Shown here: in pieces, positions 1 to 8,974 of the stretch | How positions within the stretch are numbered: the stretch's first letter is position 1 | Layout of the letters: every line of letters begins with the position of its first letter | Source: Candidatus Poribacteria bacterium | GTDB lineage: Bacteria > Poribacteria > WGA-4E > PCPOR2b | Assembly (NCBI GenBank): GCA_965215015.1 | Contig: OZ244042.1 | Span: 2,336,001 to 2,400,000 of the forward strand | Reading direction: 5' to 3' | DNA: 64,000 nt | The notes under the pieces: generated by a model | What the model was told of the DNA's origin: nothing | Database searches by the model: none | Seen by the model: the letters and a program-made list of their open reading frames with translations, nothing else | Position numbers and translations under genes: made by a program

Positions 1-1069
1 CGATGTTGTACATCTTCGTCCCGTTCTTAAACTGAGACTTGATGATCCACTTCTCCTGTTCCGGCAGTTTCAAGTTCTCCAGTCGCTCCAATTCGTCACG
101 GTCAAGTGTGAGCCCCAGCCCCGGCTTTTCTGGCACCCGCAGAAAGCCATTAATCGGCTCCAACCGTTCCTTCACGACATCGTCTTTCCAAGTTTCGGTG
201 TCGGCGAAAAAATGAAACGTCGCTGTTGGAAACGCAGCCATCATGTGCGTCGTCATCGCGCGCGTGATAGTGCCGCCAACGTTTTGGAGCATGAACGGAC
301 TGTTGTCCGCGGCAAATAGTCCAGCACGGCGGATAGCATCTCCAATCCTGGAATGCCCCAGCATATAGGCGTCGGCGGGTTTCATTAACACCTCGTAGGT
401 CGCGCCCATCGGGAAATGGTGCAGGACGACAGGCAGCCGGGAGCGTTTACGCAATTCGATATACCCCTCAATATCCTCTCCCGGTAGCGGATCCTCAAAG
501 CATCCGGCGATAGGGTACTGTTCCAGTTTGGCAAGCAGTTCCGGCATGTGGTCGTCCGTGCCGTGCATGGTGAAGTCGTAATGGATCTTGAACCCCTCCG
601 GCGCGACCCCCTGCATTGCCTCAGTTTGGTCGATGACGTTCTCAAAGGGTGAGAGATGATACTTCAGCCATGTGTAACCCTGCGCGGCGTACTGCTCCAC
701 TGTCTCCGCCATGAGATGGGGATGCGTGGACACCGTCCAACTTCCCACCGGCACCCAAGAACGGTATTTCTGTCCAAATAGCTTATAAACAGGCACACCC
801 GCATATTGTCCCATCAGGTCGTACATCGCAGTTCCCAAACCGAGGGAGATCTCGTCCCCCACCCAGTCAAAGGGATTGGTGCCGATGTATCCGTCGATCA
901 GCTCCTGTGACTCCGTGCTCCCGCTCTCCCCCAATCCCACCAGTCCGTTGTCCGTATGCACGACATATACGGTGCGCGTGATGGGACCGTAGAAGTGGTT
1001 GAGTTGATACGCGATCCAGTCCACATATTCGAGAGTAATTGGGTGAACTTCGATTTCAGTAACTTTCAT
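1..1069 (-). CDS. mandelate racemase/muconate lactonizing enzyme family protein (3' end runs off window)
   Basis: Manual translation from ATG at 1069 (SD GGAGGA upstream): MKVTEIEVHPITLEY...VHTDNGLVGLGE...AMYDLMGQYAGVPVYKLFG...FEDPLP...VPEKPGLGL; enolase-superfamily motifs. Confidence 0.85.
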   Translation of the reverse strand, partial: MKVTEIEVHPITLEYVDWIAYQLNHFYGPITRTVYVVHTDNGLVGLGESGSTESQELIDGYIGTNPFDWVGDEISLGLGTAMYDLMGQYAGVPVYKLFGQKYRSWVPVGSWTVSTHPHLMAETVEQYAAQGYTWLKYHLSPFENVIDQTEAMQGVAPEGFKIHYDFTMHGTDDHMPELLAKLEQYPIAGCFEDPLPGEDIEGYIELRKRSRLPVVLHHFPMGATYEVLMKPADAYMLGHSRIGDAIRRAGLFAADNSPFMLQNVGGTITRAMTTHMMAAFPTATFHFFADTETWKDDVVKERLEPINGFLRVPEKPGLGLTLDRDELERLENLKLPEQEKWIIKSQFKNGTKMYNI

Positions 1070-1102
1070 GTTGTCCTCCGTCTTGCTACTTTGCTTCTTT
1101 TG

Positions 1103-2506
1103 TCAGTTTGGGGGAGGGACCGTTACATTAAGTACCGATTGAAGGATTCGCCGGTTTCCCTCTATAGCCAACCGCTTGACCGCATCCCACTCATCCAATC
1201 TGTGCTCTCCTATTGTCAACGGAAATACGCAGTTGTTGTGGAGCAGTGGATCTGAGTCCGGATCAAACCCATAAGTCTCGCTCGCTCGTTCCCATTCAAG
1301 GGTGCCGGGAATGGGCGTGAACTCCGCAAGTTTCGCCTGAACCCCCTGCGCGTGCACAAACTCGATGCTTTCGACCACCTCTTCCAAGGGTTGTCCGGGC
1401 AGTCCCATCAGCAGATAAACACCGATATCCTTGGCTGTAAATCCGGCGGCTTTCAATCGCTTAATCGCACGGGTGAAACCGTTGTTGGTGACTTTGGGAC
1501 CGGTCAATTTTTGCCGTATCACATCGCTAGTCTCCAAGCTGATCCGTATTGTTTTGAACCCGGTAGCGTACATCTTATGTGCAAGCTCGGCGTCAATCAC
1601 TTGGGCGTGCATCGAATTGGGTGTGTGGAAATAGAACTTCAACCTGCGTTCGAGGAGCTGATCTAAAATCTTGTGGAGGTGTTTCCGGGCGTTGAGCAGG
1701 AGCGCGTCATCATAGAACGCAAAGTTTTGTGTCCCGAATTCGTCATAGCACCACTGGAGCTCATCGACAACCTGCTTAGGATCGCGTTGCCGGAAGCCGG
1801 GACTGACTGAACGCACAGCGCAGTAGGAGCACGTCATCGGACAACCCCGCGCCGTCAGAACCGCTGCAAAGTCAAGTTTACGGATGAGGTCATGAGCGGG
1901 GAAGGGGTAATCGTTGATGTGAGTGGGGAGTTGGGAGCCATCCGATTGGTTTCCCGTCAACTGATCGACCAATCTCAGAGCAGAAAGTTCCCCTTCGCCT
2001 TTGACCACGAAATCCGCGCCCGATGTTTCCACCGCGTGTTTGTAACAGAGCGTCGCATACGTCCCGCCGAGCACCACCGGCACATCGGGATAGCGTCGCT
2101 TGACACGACGGATTACCTCGTGGGGGCCGGGATACCAGTAGGTCATCTTTGATGTCACTAACACCACATCTGGCTTTGGACGTTTATCCAATTCCGATTC
2201 AAAAATTTCCGGCGTGATACCGTACCGGCAGAAATGGCGGGGTATATCTTTGACAACCTCAGGACTCTCAACCGGCTCTCGATGATATTTCCCCGTGCCG
2301 TAGGCGTTGCCCTTCGGGGTGGTCAGCCCTTGCAGCTTGAGGAGGGCTGGACTGTAACGATCGAGGCAGTCGATAAAATCGAGTTGATAACCGTGTTGGC
2401 GGAAGATACTACCGATAGAGAGCAAGCCAATCGGCTCCACCCACAGGTTGAAGGCAGCAAAATCGTAGATCCACGGGTTGATAAGCAGCAAACGATTTTT
2501 TGACAT
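1103..2506 (-). CDS. B12-binding domain radical SAM protein
   Basis: CxxxCxxC (RGCPMTCSYC), N-terminal cobalamin-binding-like region (VVLGGTYAT, VKGEGE). Confidence 0.85.
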   Translation of the reverse strand: MSKNRLLLINPWIYDFAAFNLWVEPIGLLSIGSIFRQHGYQLDFIDCLDRYSPALLKLQGLTTPKGNAYGTGKYHREPVESPEVVKDIPRHFCRYGITPEIFESELDKRPKPDVVLVTSKMTYWYPGPHEVIRRVKRRYPDVPVVLGGTYATLCYKHAVETSGADFVVKGEGELSALRLVDQLTGNQSDGSQLPTHINDYPFPAHDLIRKLDFAAVLTARGCPMTCSYCAVRSVSPGFRQRDPKQVVDELQWCYDEFGTQNFAFYDDALLLNARKHLHKILDQLLERRLKFYFHTPNSMHAQVIDAELAHKMYATGFKTIRISLETSDVIRQKLTGPKVTNNGFTRAIKRLKAAGFTAKDIGVYLLMGLPGQPLEEVVESIEFVHAQGVQAKLAEFTPIPGTLEWERASETYGFDPDSDPLLHNNCVFPLTIGEHRLDEWDAVKRLAIEGNRRILQSVLNVTVPPPN

Positions 2507-2526
2507 GACAACCTTTCCTCTTGTTT

Positions 2527-3390
2527 TTAACTCGATACTTTATCTTGATCGTTGATGAGTTGCTTGAGTTTTTCAAGAGTTTCTGCATCTAAGTTGAGTC
2601 CTCGTAACCGTTCCTCAAGGGTCAGTCCGCGCATCCGTACTTCAGGAGGCATCTGCTCAAGTAGTTCGTCTTCATCTAAAAAAGAAATTAGATCTGGTCC
2701 GAAAGTTTTCGCAATACGCTCAAGTTGTTTTTCGTATAGACTTTGCTTGCCAGCCATTCTTAAGACCTCCTTTGTCAATTCAGGATTTGTACGAGAGGCA
2801 TAGTCAATGTACGTTACATTTTCTTCTTCAATCAGCCGAAGTATGAAGAGACGAAATTTCTCTTTTGAAGCCGCAAACAGAAGCAACGGATAATATTTCG
2901 ATTCGAGCGGAAGTTCATTACACACAAGCAGGTGAACAGGTAGGAGATCTGTGCTGACATAATGGCCAACGCCGATTTCTTCCCACCTCACATCATTTTG
3001 GTTCTGACGCAAGACTTTAATTGGTTTGCGAGCCGAGACAATCGTAACAGTCATTTCGGAGCTGGAGATTTGCCGCTCACCTAGATACAGGTGAGCGCGA
3101 CCGAGAATCAGGTGATAGTCGAAGATTGTCAATGAATCGCTTTTGCCTTTGAACTCGATTGAGTTATGAACGCGAAAAAGGTCGAAAGCGGTTCCGTGCC
3201 AAATCTTTTCCAAATTGCCGATTTGCTCGGCAACAACCAATACATCCATTGTGCGAGGAAGGCGGCTAATCTCAACCTGCGTCTGAATCGGGATGCCCAA
3301 TTCTCCAAAGCTAAATGTCAATACTTCCTTGAGAATTGGATCAATTTCATGTCGTTCAATAGTGGATTCGGTGTTGTCATCAGTAGGCAT
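2527..3390 (-). CDS. Rpn-like PD-(D/E)xK nuclease-family hypothetical protein
   Basis: MDVLVV...NSIEFKGKSD resembles a D...ExK motif; C-terminal helical repeats PEVRMRGLTLEERLRGL; internal SD+ATG at 2757. Confidence 0.6.
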   Translation of the reverse strand: MPTDDNTESTIERHEIDPILKEVLTFSFGELGIPIQTQVEISRLPRTMDVLVVAEQIGNLEKIWHGTAFDLFRVHNSIEFKGKSDSLTIFDYHLILGRAHLYLGERQISSSEMTVTIVSARKPIKVLRQNQNDVRWEEIGVGHYVSTDLLPVHLLVCNELPLESKYYPLLLFAASKEKFRLFILRLIEEENVTYIDYASRTNPELTKEVLRMAGKQSLYEKQLERIAKTFGPDLISFLDEDELLEQMPPEVRMRGLTLEERLRGLNLDAETLEKLKQLINDQDKVSS

Positions 3391-3448
3391 TATACTTTCT
3401 TGCCTTCACTCTCTGCTGGTGCGACAATAATGTTTTCGACTCTAATTC

Positions 3449-5503
3449 CTAAGCGACGCTGACATCTTCCAACGGCACAGTCATCTGCATCGCACCGAAG
3501 CGAACGACCGCTTTCTGGGCCTGTGAATCTATTTCACTGAGCACGCCAACGCTGTCTAAACTGTGCACACGGACCTCAGTGCCCTTTTTTAGTTCGTGAA
3601 TAAATGCCTGCCGTTCCTGTTCCTCTGGAAATTGGTTCAGCTCACCAGCCATATAGGTGCTGATTTCAGACAGCGATTCGAGCAGTGAACGGCGAGACGA
3701 TTCCGACTGACACAATCTATCAATCTGCCCTTTAATCTGGTGGAGCAGGGCATAGGTATCCACATCGAGTTGTGCCTGCATCTCCGTTTCCCGCGCAGAG
3801 ACTTCGTCCAATTTTTGGCGATATTCGCCCTGTAGACGTGCTGCCTCTGCCTGTGTTTCTATTACGGTGCGCTTGTTTTTCTCCATCACCACCTTAGCAG
3901 CCTGCAACTGATTTATCAGTTCGGTGGTGCCGTCAGCCTCGCCTGCTGAACTTTTTTCTGCGTTTGTGATAACCTCGTTTGGCAGCCCCAAACGTTTGGC
4001 AATTGCTAGCGCATTGCTGCTACCGGGTGTGCCAATCAACAGCTTGTAGGTTGGGCGCAATGTTACTGTATCAAATTCTACAGACGCATTTTCAATTCCC
4101 GGTACGATATAGCCGAGATTTTTGAGCGGACTGATGTGCGTCGAGACAACTGTGCGTGCGTTGCGGGTGTGCAGGTATTCGAGGATGGATGTGCCCAACG
4201 CCGCACCTTCCGCCGGATCGGTACCGCCGCCCAACTCATCTAACAGCACCAAACTGTTCTCCGCTGCAGACGAAAGGATCTCCGCAATGTTACGGAGATG
4301 GCTGGAGAATGTGCTCAAACTCTGTTCAATGCTCTGTTCATCGCCGATGTCCGCTGATATGTGTGAGAATACAGCCAGTTCAGAACCTGCTCCTGCGGAG
4401 ATGTGCAGACCCGACTGCGCCATCAGAGTCAACAAACCAACCGTTTTCAGCGTGATGGTCTTGCCGCCGGTGTTGGGACCCGTAATAATTAAGGTATTGA
4501 AATCATCGCCCAGACGGAAATTAATAGGGACCACTACTTCGATGTCAGAGTTCTCCGCCCGCTGCAGGGTTAAGAGTAATGGATGGCGTGCCACCTTGAG
4601 ATTGAGCTGGCCGTTTGCGTTCAAGGTTGGTGGATTCAGCTCATAATCGCGGCTGAAGCGCACTTTCGCATACGTCAGATCCAGATGGGCGAGTATCTTC
4701 AACGTTTCACCCATCGGTTCAGTCATTGCTGTAATCTTGGCGGTAATTTCGCGGAGCAGCCGCACAATCTCTGCCCCTTCGGCGTCGATTGCCGCTTGTA
4801 ACTCATTTCCCAGCTCGCGCACCACCGCAGGCTCGATAAATACGGTACTGCCTCGGTCAGATCTATCCCGCACCGCGCCGGGGACGCGGGACGCATCGCG
4901 CCCTTTCACGGCGATCACAGGACGCCCCTTGCGCTCCCGTATGATCGGATCTTGTAAATATGGACTGACACTTTTTGAACGGAGGGTTGATTGCAGCCTG
5001 CCGTGGATGCGTCCTTTCACCGTCTGAATCGTTTTACGGATAGATTTCAGCTCGGGACTGGCACTACTCTTTACCACGCCGTTTTCGTTCAGTGTGTTCT
5101 CAATTTTCGCTTCAATTTCGGGATATAACCGAATCTCCTCCGCCAATCGATGGAGATGCGGATAGTCCCCCTTTGCATCTTCCAGGTATCCTTTGACAAT
5201 CCTGAAGGCGCGGAGGGTTTCCTTGACGTGCATAATCTCCTCGATGATGAGGATATCCGCGCCTTTGTCCAATTTCTCTAAAATTGGAAAGAGATCATGC
5301 AGCCCGCCCAACGGTAGGTAACGATCCGGCGACAACAGTCTTTTCAACTCGGTTGTTTCCGCAATCAACCGCTTAATCCGATGCAGGTCGGTCAACGGTT
5401 GAATTCCCTGTACCAGCTTCGCCCCTAGCCCTGACGCTGTATAACCGCCCAGCAGTTCTCTGATCTTGTCATATTCTAGAACATCGAGCGTGTGTTGATT
5501 CAT
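3449..5503 (-). CDS. mutS2: MutS2 family protein lacking the C-terminal Smr domain
   Basis: LDVLEYDKI N-terminus, ARHPLL, ITGPNTGGKT Walker A, IGDEQSIEQSLSTFSSH, LDELGGGTDPAEG; ends after KOW-like segment. Confidence 0.9.
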   Translation of the reverse strand: MNQHTLDVLEYDKIRELLGGYTASGLGAKLVQGIQPLTDLHRIKRLIAETTELKRLLSPDRYLPLGGLHDLFPILEKLDKGADILIIEEIMHVKETLRAFRIVKGYLEDAKGDYPHLHRLAEEIRLYPEIEAKIENTLNENGVVKSSASPELKSIRKTIQTVKGRIHGRLQSTLRSKSVSPYLQDPIIRERKGRPVIAVKGRDASRVPGAVRDRSDRGSTVFIEPAVVRELGNELQAAIDAEGAEIVRLLREITAKITAMTEPMGETLKILAHLDLTYAKVRFSRDYELNPPTLNANGQLNLKVARHPLLLTLQRAENSDIEVVVPINFRLGDDFNTLIITGPNTGGKTITLKTVGLLTLMAQSGLHISAGAGSELAVFSHISADIGDEQSIEQSLSTFSSHLRNIAEILSSAAENSLVLLDELGGGTDPAEGAALGTSILEYLHTRNARTVVSTHISPLKNLGYIVPGIENASVEFDTVTLRPTYKLLIGTPGSSNALAIAKRLGLPNEVITNAEKSSAGEADGTTELINQLQAAKVVMEKNKRTVIETQAEAARLQGEYRQKLDEVSARETEMQAQLDVDTYALLHQIKGQIDRLCQSESSRRSLLESLSEISTYMAGELNQFPEEQERQAFIHELKKGTEVRVHSLDSVGVLSEIDSQAQKAVVRFGAMQMTVPLEDVSVA

Positions 5504-5530
5504 GATGGTTTGTTCCCCTACATTTCAACC

Positions 5531-6619
5531 TCATCTATCCCCTAGGACCACTTTTAATTCCTTCACAAATCGTTCATTCTCTTCAGGGGTGCCAATCGTC
5601 ACCCGGATGGATTTGGGGAAGCCGTATCCCGCTACAGGACGAACAATCACACCTTTTCGCATGAGCGCGTCGGAGATTTTACTTCCGGGATGGTCAAAAT
5701 GCACCAGAATGAAGTTCCCTTCCGATTCGACATACGCCAGTTCCATCTGATCCAACGCTTCATAGAGAAATGCTTTGCCGATGGTGTTGACCTCTTGGCT
5801 ACGACGCACATGCTCTGCATCTTTCAACGCAGCACGCGCCGCGGCCTGCGCGACGAGGTTGCAGTTAAACGGTTGACGCACCCGATTCATCGTTTCTATA
5901 ATATCGGGCTCGGCGAGCCCGTATCCGATTCGCATCCCCGCAAGCCCGTAAATCTTGGAGAACGTGCGCGTGATGATGACGTTGGGTCGTTCGTGGATGT
6001 AGGGCAACGTCTGCGGATAGTCGGGGCGATCAACGTATTCGTAGTAGGCTTCGTCAAAGACAACGAGGACATCGTCCGGCACGCGCGCCATCAATTTCTC
6101 CGTCTCCGTTTTCGTAACCATTGTTCCGGTCGGGTTGTTCGGATTGGCGATGAAGATGACGCGGGTCTGATCAGTGATTGCATCCGCCATAGCCTCCAGA
6201 TCTTGCGTATAACCGCACATCGGTGTAACGATTGACTTCGCACTGAACACCTTGGCGACTAACATGTAGACGACAAAGGCACTCTCCGAGTAAATTACCT
6301 CATCGCCCGGTGATATGTAGGTCTCCCCGACCAGTTGCAGCACTTCGTTGGAGCCGTTCCCTAAAATTAGATTTTCGGGCGGAACGCCGAGGTGCCCTGC
6401 CAGATCCTGTTTCAGGTAGTAGGCATTTCCGTCGGGATAGAGGTTCACCTGCGTTGCTGCAGCTTGAATGGCACCCATTGCCAAGGGCGAAGGCCCCAGC
6501 GGGTTTTCGTTCGATGCCAACTTGATAATATCGGAGATTCCCAACTCACGCTGGACCTCTTCAATCGGTTTGCCCCCCTGATAGGGTTGGATGGTTTCAA
6601 TTCCGGGCTTTGGTCTCAT
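5531..6619 (-). CDS. hisC: histidinol-phosphate aminotransferase
   Basis: IKLASNENPLG, NPNNPTG, DEAYYEY, RTFSKIYGLAGMRIGY. Confidence 0.93.
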   Translation of the reverse strand: MRPKPGIETIQPYQGGKPIEEVQRELGISDIIKLASNENPLGPSPLAMGAIQAAATQVNLYPDGNAYYLKQDLAGHLGVPPENLILGNGSNEVLQLVGETYISPGDEVIYSESAFVVYMLVAKVFSAKSIVTPMCGYTQDLEAMADAITDQTRVIFIANPNNPTGTMVTKTETEKLMARVPDDVLVVFDEAYYEYVDRPDYPQTLPYIHERPNVIITRTFSKIYGLAGMRIGYGLAEPDIIETMNRVRQPFNCNLVAQAAARAALKDAEHVRRSQEVNTIGKAFLYEALDQMELAYVESEGNFILVHFDHPGSKISDALMRKGVIVRPVAGYGFPKSIRVTIGTPEENERFVKELKVVLGDR

Positions 6620-6737
6620 AGATTACCTCGTGGTTCGTTTGTCAATTTCTTAGACACAATAAGTTATTGCAGAGAGTGGAGACCTTCGTTCCCTACCGCA
6701 GAGAGCACAGAGAAAAAAGCCTATATCTGCTCATTTC

Positions 6738-6908
6738 CTATTGATACCGGTTGATCAGTTCAACATAGGATCTCGCCCGGGCCTTTTCCTCAGGGGCCGT
6801 AAATCTGTACCTTTTGTCAGGAACGATGTCGGGGAGGGTTATGCCTGCGTCAAGGATTTGGATATAGCCCTTTTGCTTTCCAATTTCAATAAAATTCGTT
6901 TGTTTCAT
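6738..6908 (-). pseudogene. truncated N-terminus of an HsdR_N-type restriction-modification protein
   Basis: SD AGGAG then MKQTNFIEIGKQKGYIQILDAG...DKRYRFTAPEEKARARSYVELINRYQ*; PEEKxR motif resembles HsdR N-terminal domain proteins; only 56 aa. Confidence 0.55.
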
Positions 6909-7028
6909 ACGTTAAAGATCTCCTATATCTATTGAGGCGCATTCTCTCCCCCGGTGATTATCCTGTCTGACTAAAAAATATCACGAACTTCAACTTGTGT
7001 CAAGGGCAAATAGAGGAACGTTTTGAGA

Positions 7029-7058
7029 TTGACAGGCTTCTCGTGCTTACGGTAGAAT
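7029..7058 (+). promoter_or_regulatory. sigma70-type promoter
   Basis: TTGACA-N18-TAGAAT upstream of amidohydrolase. Confidence 0.6.
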
Positions 7059-7110
7059 AGAGAGCAATTTCTGAGCGATGTCAGGAGAGCCCATCAATAG
7101 GAGGAGACGG

Positions 7111-7914
7111 ATGATTATCGAATGGAATACACACATTTTTAGTCCGGATCTGCAACGGTATCCGTTTCACGAGAAGGCGGTCTACACACCCGATGTTTCT
7201 AGCCAGCCGACAGATTCGCTGGGGGTATATCTGGCACACATGAATCAACACGGCATTGACCGTGCGGTGTTGGTGCATCCAGAGCCTTACGGAGACGATC
7301 ACCGGCTCATTCTAGACTGCTTGGAACAGGAGAAGGAGCGTGTCAAAGGCACGTGCCTGTTCTATCCAAAAGATCCGGCCGCCCCTCGCAAGATGGAGGC
7401 GTTGGTGGCGCGACAACCTCGGATCATTGCAACACGATTCCACGCCCATCGCGGCAAGCAGATGTATCTGGATAGCCTGACCAGTCCCGAAGTGCGGGGA
7501 ATCTGGGAGAAGGCGTTGGAACTGGATCTAATCATCGAGCTGCATATTGGACCGAACCATGCACAGGGGGCAGCGGAGATGTTGAGGGGCTACCCGGAAT
7601 CCAAGGTGTTAATAGATCACTTAGCGGAGCCGCACATGGGGGATGCGGTAGAGTATGCACATGTGCTAGATCTGGCGGATTTTGATACCGTGTATATGAA
7701 ACTCTCCGGTCTCAATCACTTCGCTACGGATGCACCCCTCTACTTGGGCGCGCGTCCGTTTACCCGTCGCGTGATCCAAGCCTTTGGAACCGATAAAGTA
7801 GTCTGGGGCAGCGGCATACCCGATATAGTGGATGCACATCTAGCTGAATATACAGAGATAGACCGGCAAAAGGTAAAGGGGAATAATCTGGCGAGGCTGC
7901 TGGGTTGGGATTAG
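7111..7914 (+). CDS. amidohydrolase_2 family protein
   Basis: SD AGGAGGAG before ATG 7111; N-terminal THIF, GIDRAVLVHP, LIDHLAEP, YMKLSG, VWGSG. Confidence 0.85.
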   Translation: MIIEWNTHIFSPDLQRYPFHEKAVYTPDVSSQPTDSLGVYLAHMNQHGIDRAVLVHPEPYGDDHRLILDCLEQEKERVKGTCLFYPKDPAAPRKMEALVARQPRIIATRFHAHRGKQMYLDSLTSPEVRGIWEKALELDLIIELHIGPNHAQGAAEMLRGYPESKVLIDHLAEPHMGDAVEYAHVLDLADFDTVYMKLSGLNHFATDAPLYLGARPFTRRVIQAFGTDKVVWGSGIPDIVDAHLAEYTEIDRQKVKGNNLARLLGWD

Positions 7915-7942
7915 ACATTTAAAAAAGAAGAAGGGATTTCTG

Positions 7943-8698
7943 ATGGAACGTTTTCCTATTTTTGAATCATACGAATTTAATGAGGAGCAGAAGGTAGAAA
8001 TGGACCGGGTCGGGCATTTCGTTCTCCCCGGCATCTTGACGTCGAAGGCGTGTGAACGGTTGACCGAATCGCTATCGTACATTCAATCGCTTGTTCCAAA
8101 CGCAACTGAGGGGCACGAGCCGAACCGGTTTGCCGCAGAATACGACGAATTTTTGGAGAGCCTGATAGGGCATCCGCAGATGCTTACGCTTGCCCGACAA
8201 GTGCTTGGGCAGGACATCCGCTATGACCATTGTGTTACGCTTAACCGTCCGGGTGGCAATCAGGGGACCGGTTGGCATAGCCACACATACTCGGACAACG
8301 ATCCAAGCTTAGGATTCATACGCATCTTCTTTTACGTCAATGGGTTTGATGCCGATGATGGTGGGTTGAAGGCTGTTCCGGGGAGTCACCTGTATCGGGC
8401 TAAGTTCCGTTTTCAGACAGATGAGGAGTTTCAATCAGGATGGCTGGTGAATAAAAAGCACATGCTCACCGGCGAACCGTTGGAGATACAAGACTTGTCC
8501 GTTCCCGATGGTACGGTGGTATTGATGTGGACGCATGCCGCACACGCTGTCAGTCCGAGACAACCTAGTAGTGATACACGATGGACAGTGGTCTACGCAT
8601 ACCGTAACCCCGGGAGACCATCTGCAGCTCGTTGGATTAGTAAAGAATTTGAGTATAAACGCATCTACGGAGCTGAAGGATTGATGAGTCTTTATTAA
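7943..8698 (+). CDS. phytanoyl-CoA dioxygenase (PhyH) family protein
   Basis: GHFVLPGIL, WHSH, GGLKAVPGSH, HAAH...R facial-triad-like layout. Confidence 0.8.
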   Translation: MERFPIFESYEFNEEQKVEMDRVGHFVLPGILTSKACERLTESLSYIQSLVPNATEGHEPNRFAAEYDEFLESLIGHPQMLTLARQVLGQDIRYDHCVTLNRPGGNQGTGWHSHTYSDNDPSLGFIRIFFYVNGFDADDGGLKAVPGSHLYRAKFRFQTDEEFQSGWLVNKKHMLTGEPLEIQDLSVPDGTVVLMWTHAAHAVSPRQPSSDTRWTVVYAYRNPGRPSAARWISKEFEYKRIYGAEGLMSLY

Positions 8699-8717
8699 TT
8701 CTAAGGCAAGTTGCTAA

Positions 8718-8968
8718 TAGTAGGCATACTCCGTATGCCATAACCCCCCCTTCCCCCGCTAAATACCCGGCGGGTTATCCGTCAATTCCTGGGTCATTGA
8801 GTCGATTTCCCCTCTGCTTGCGAGGGGACTAAGGGGGCTGATACCATATTAGAGGAGGTACCGACAGAGCGTGCCTACTACTTTGGGGAATCTATCAAAA
8901 ACCGAGTCCGTAGGTCGAAATTCATATCTCGACAGCCACTGTCAATTTTGGAAAATTGACCTACAGAA
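8718..8968. repeat. REP-like cluster (representative of many intergenic clusters)
   Basis: GTAGGCATACTCCGTATGCC, CCCCnGCTTGCGnGGGG, GCGTGCCTACTAC and GTCnATTTTGGAAAATnGAC units; 8718-8846 closely matches 37422-37540; units recur at ~16205, 22840, 24880, 27195, 30960, 32485, 55940. Confidence 0.8.
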
Positions 8969-8974
8969 GTTTTC

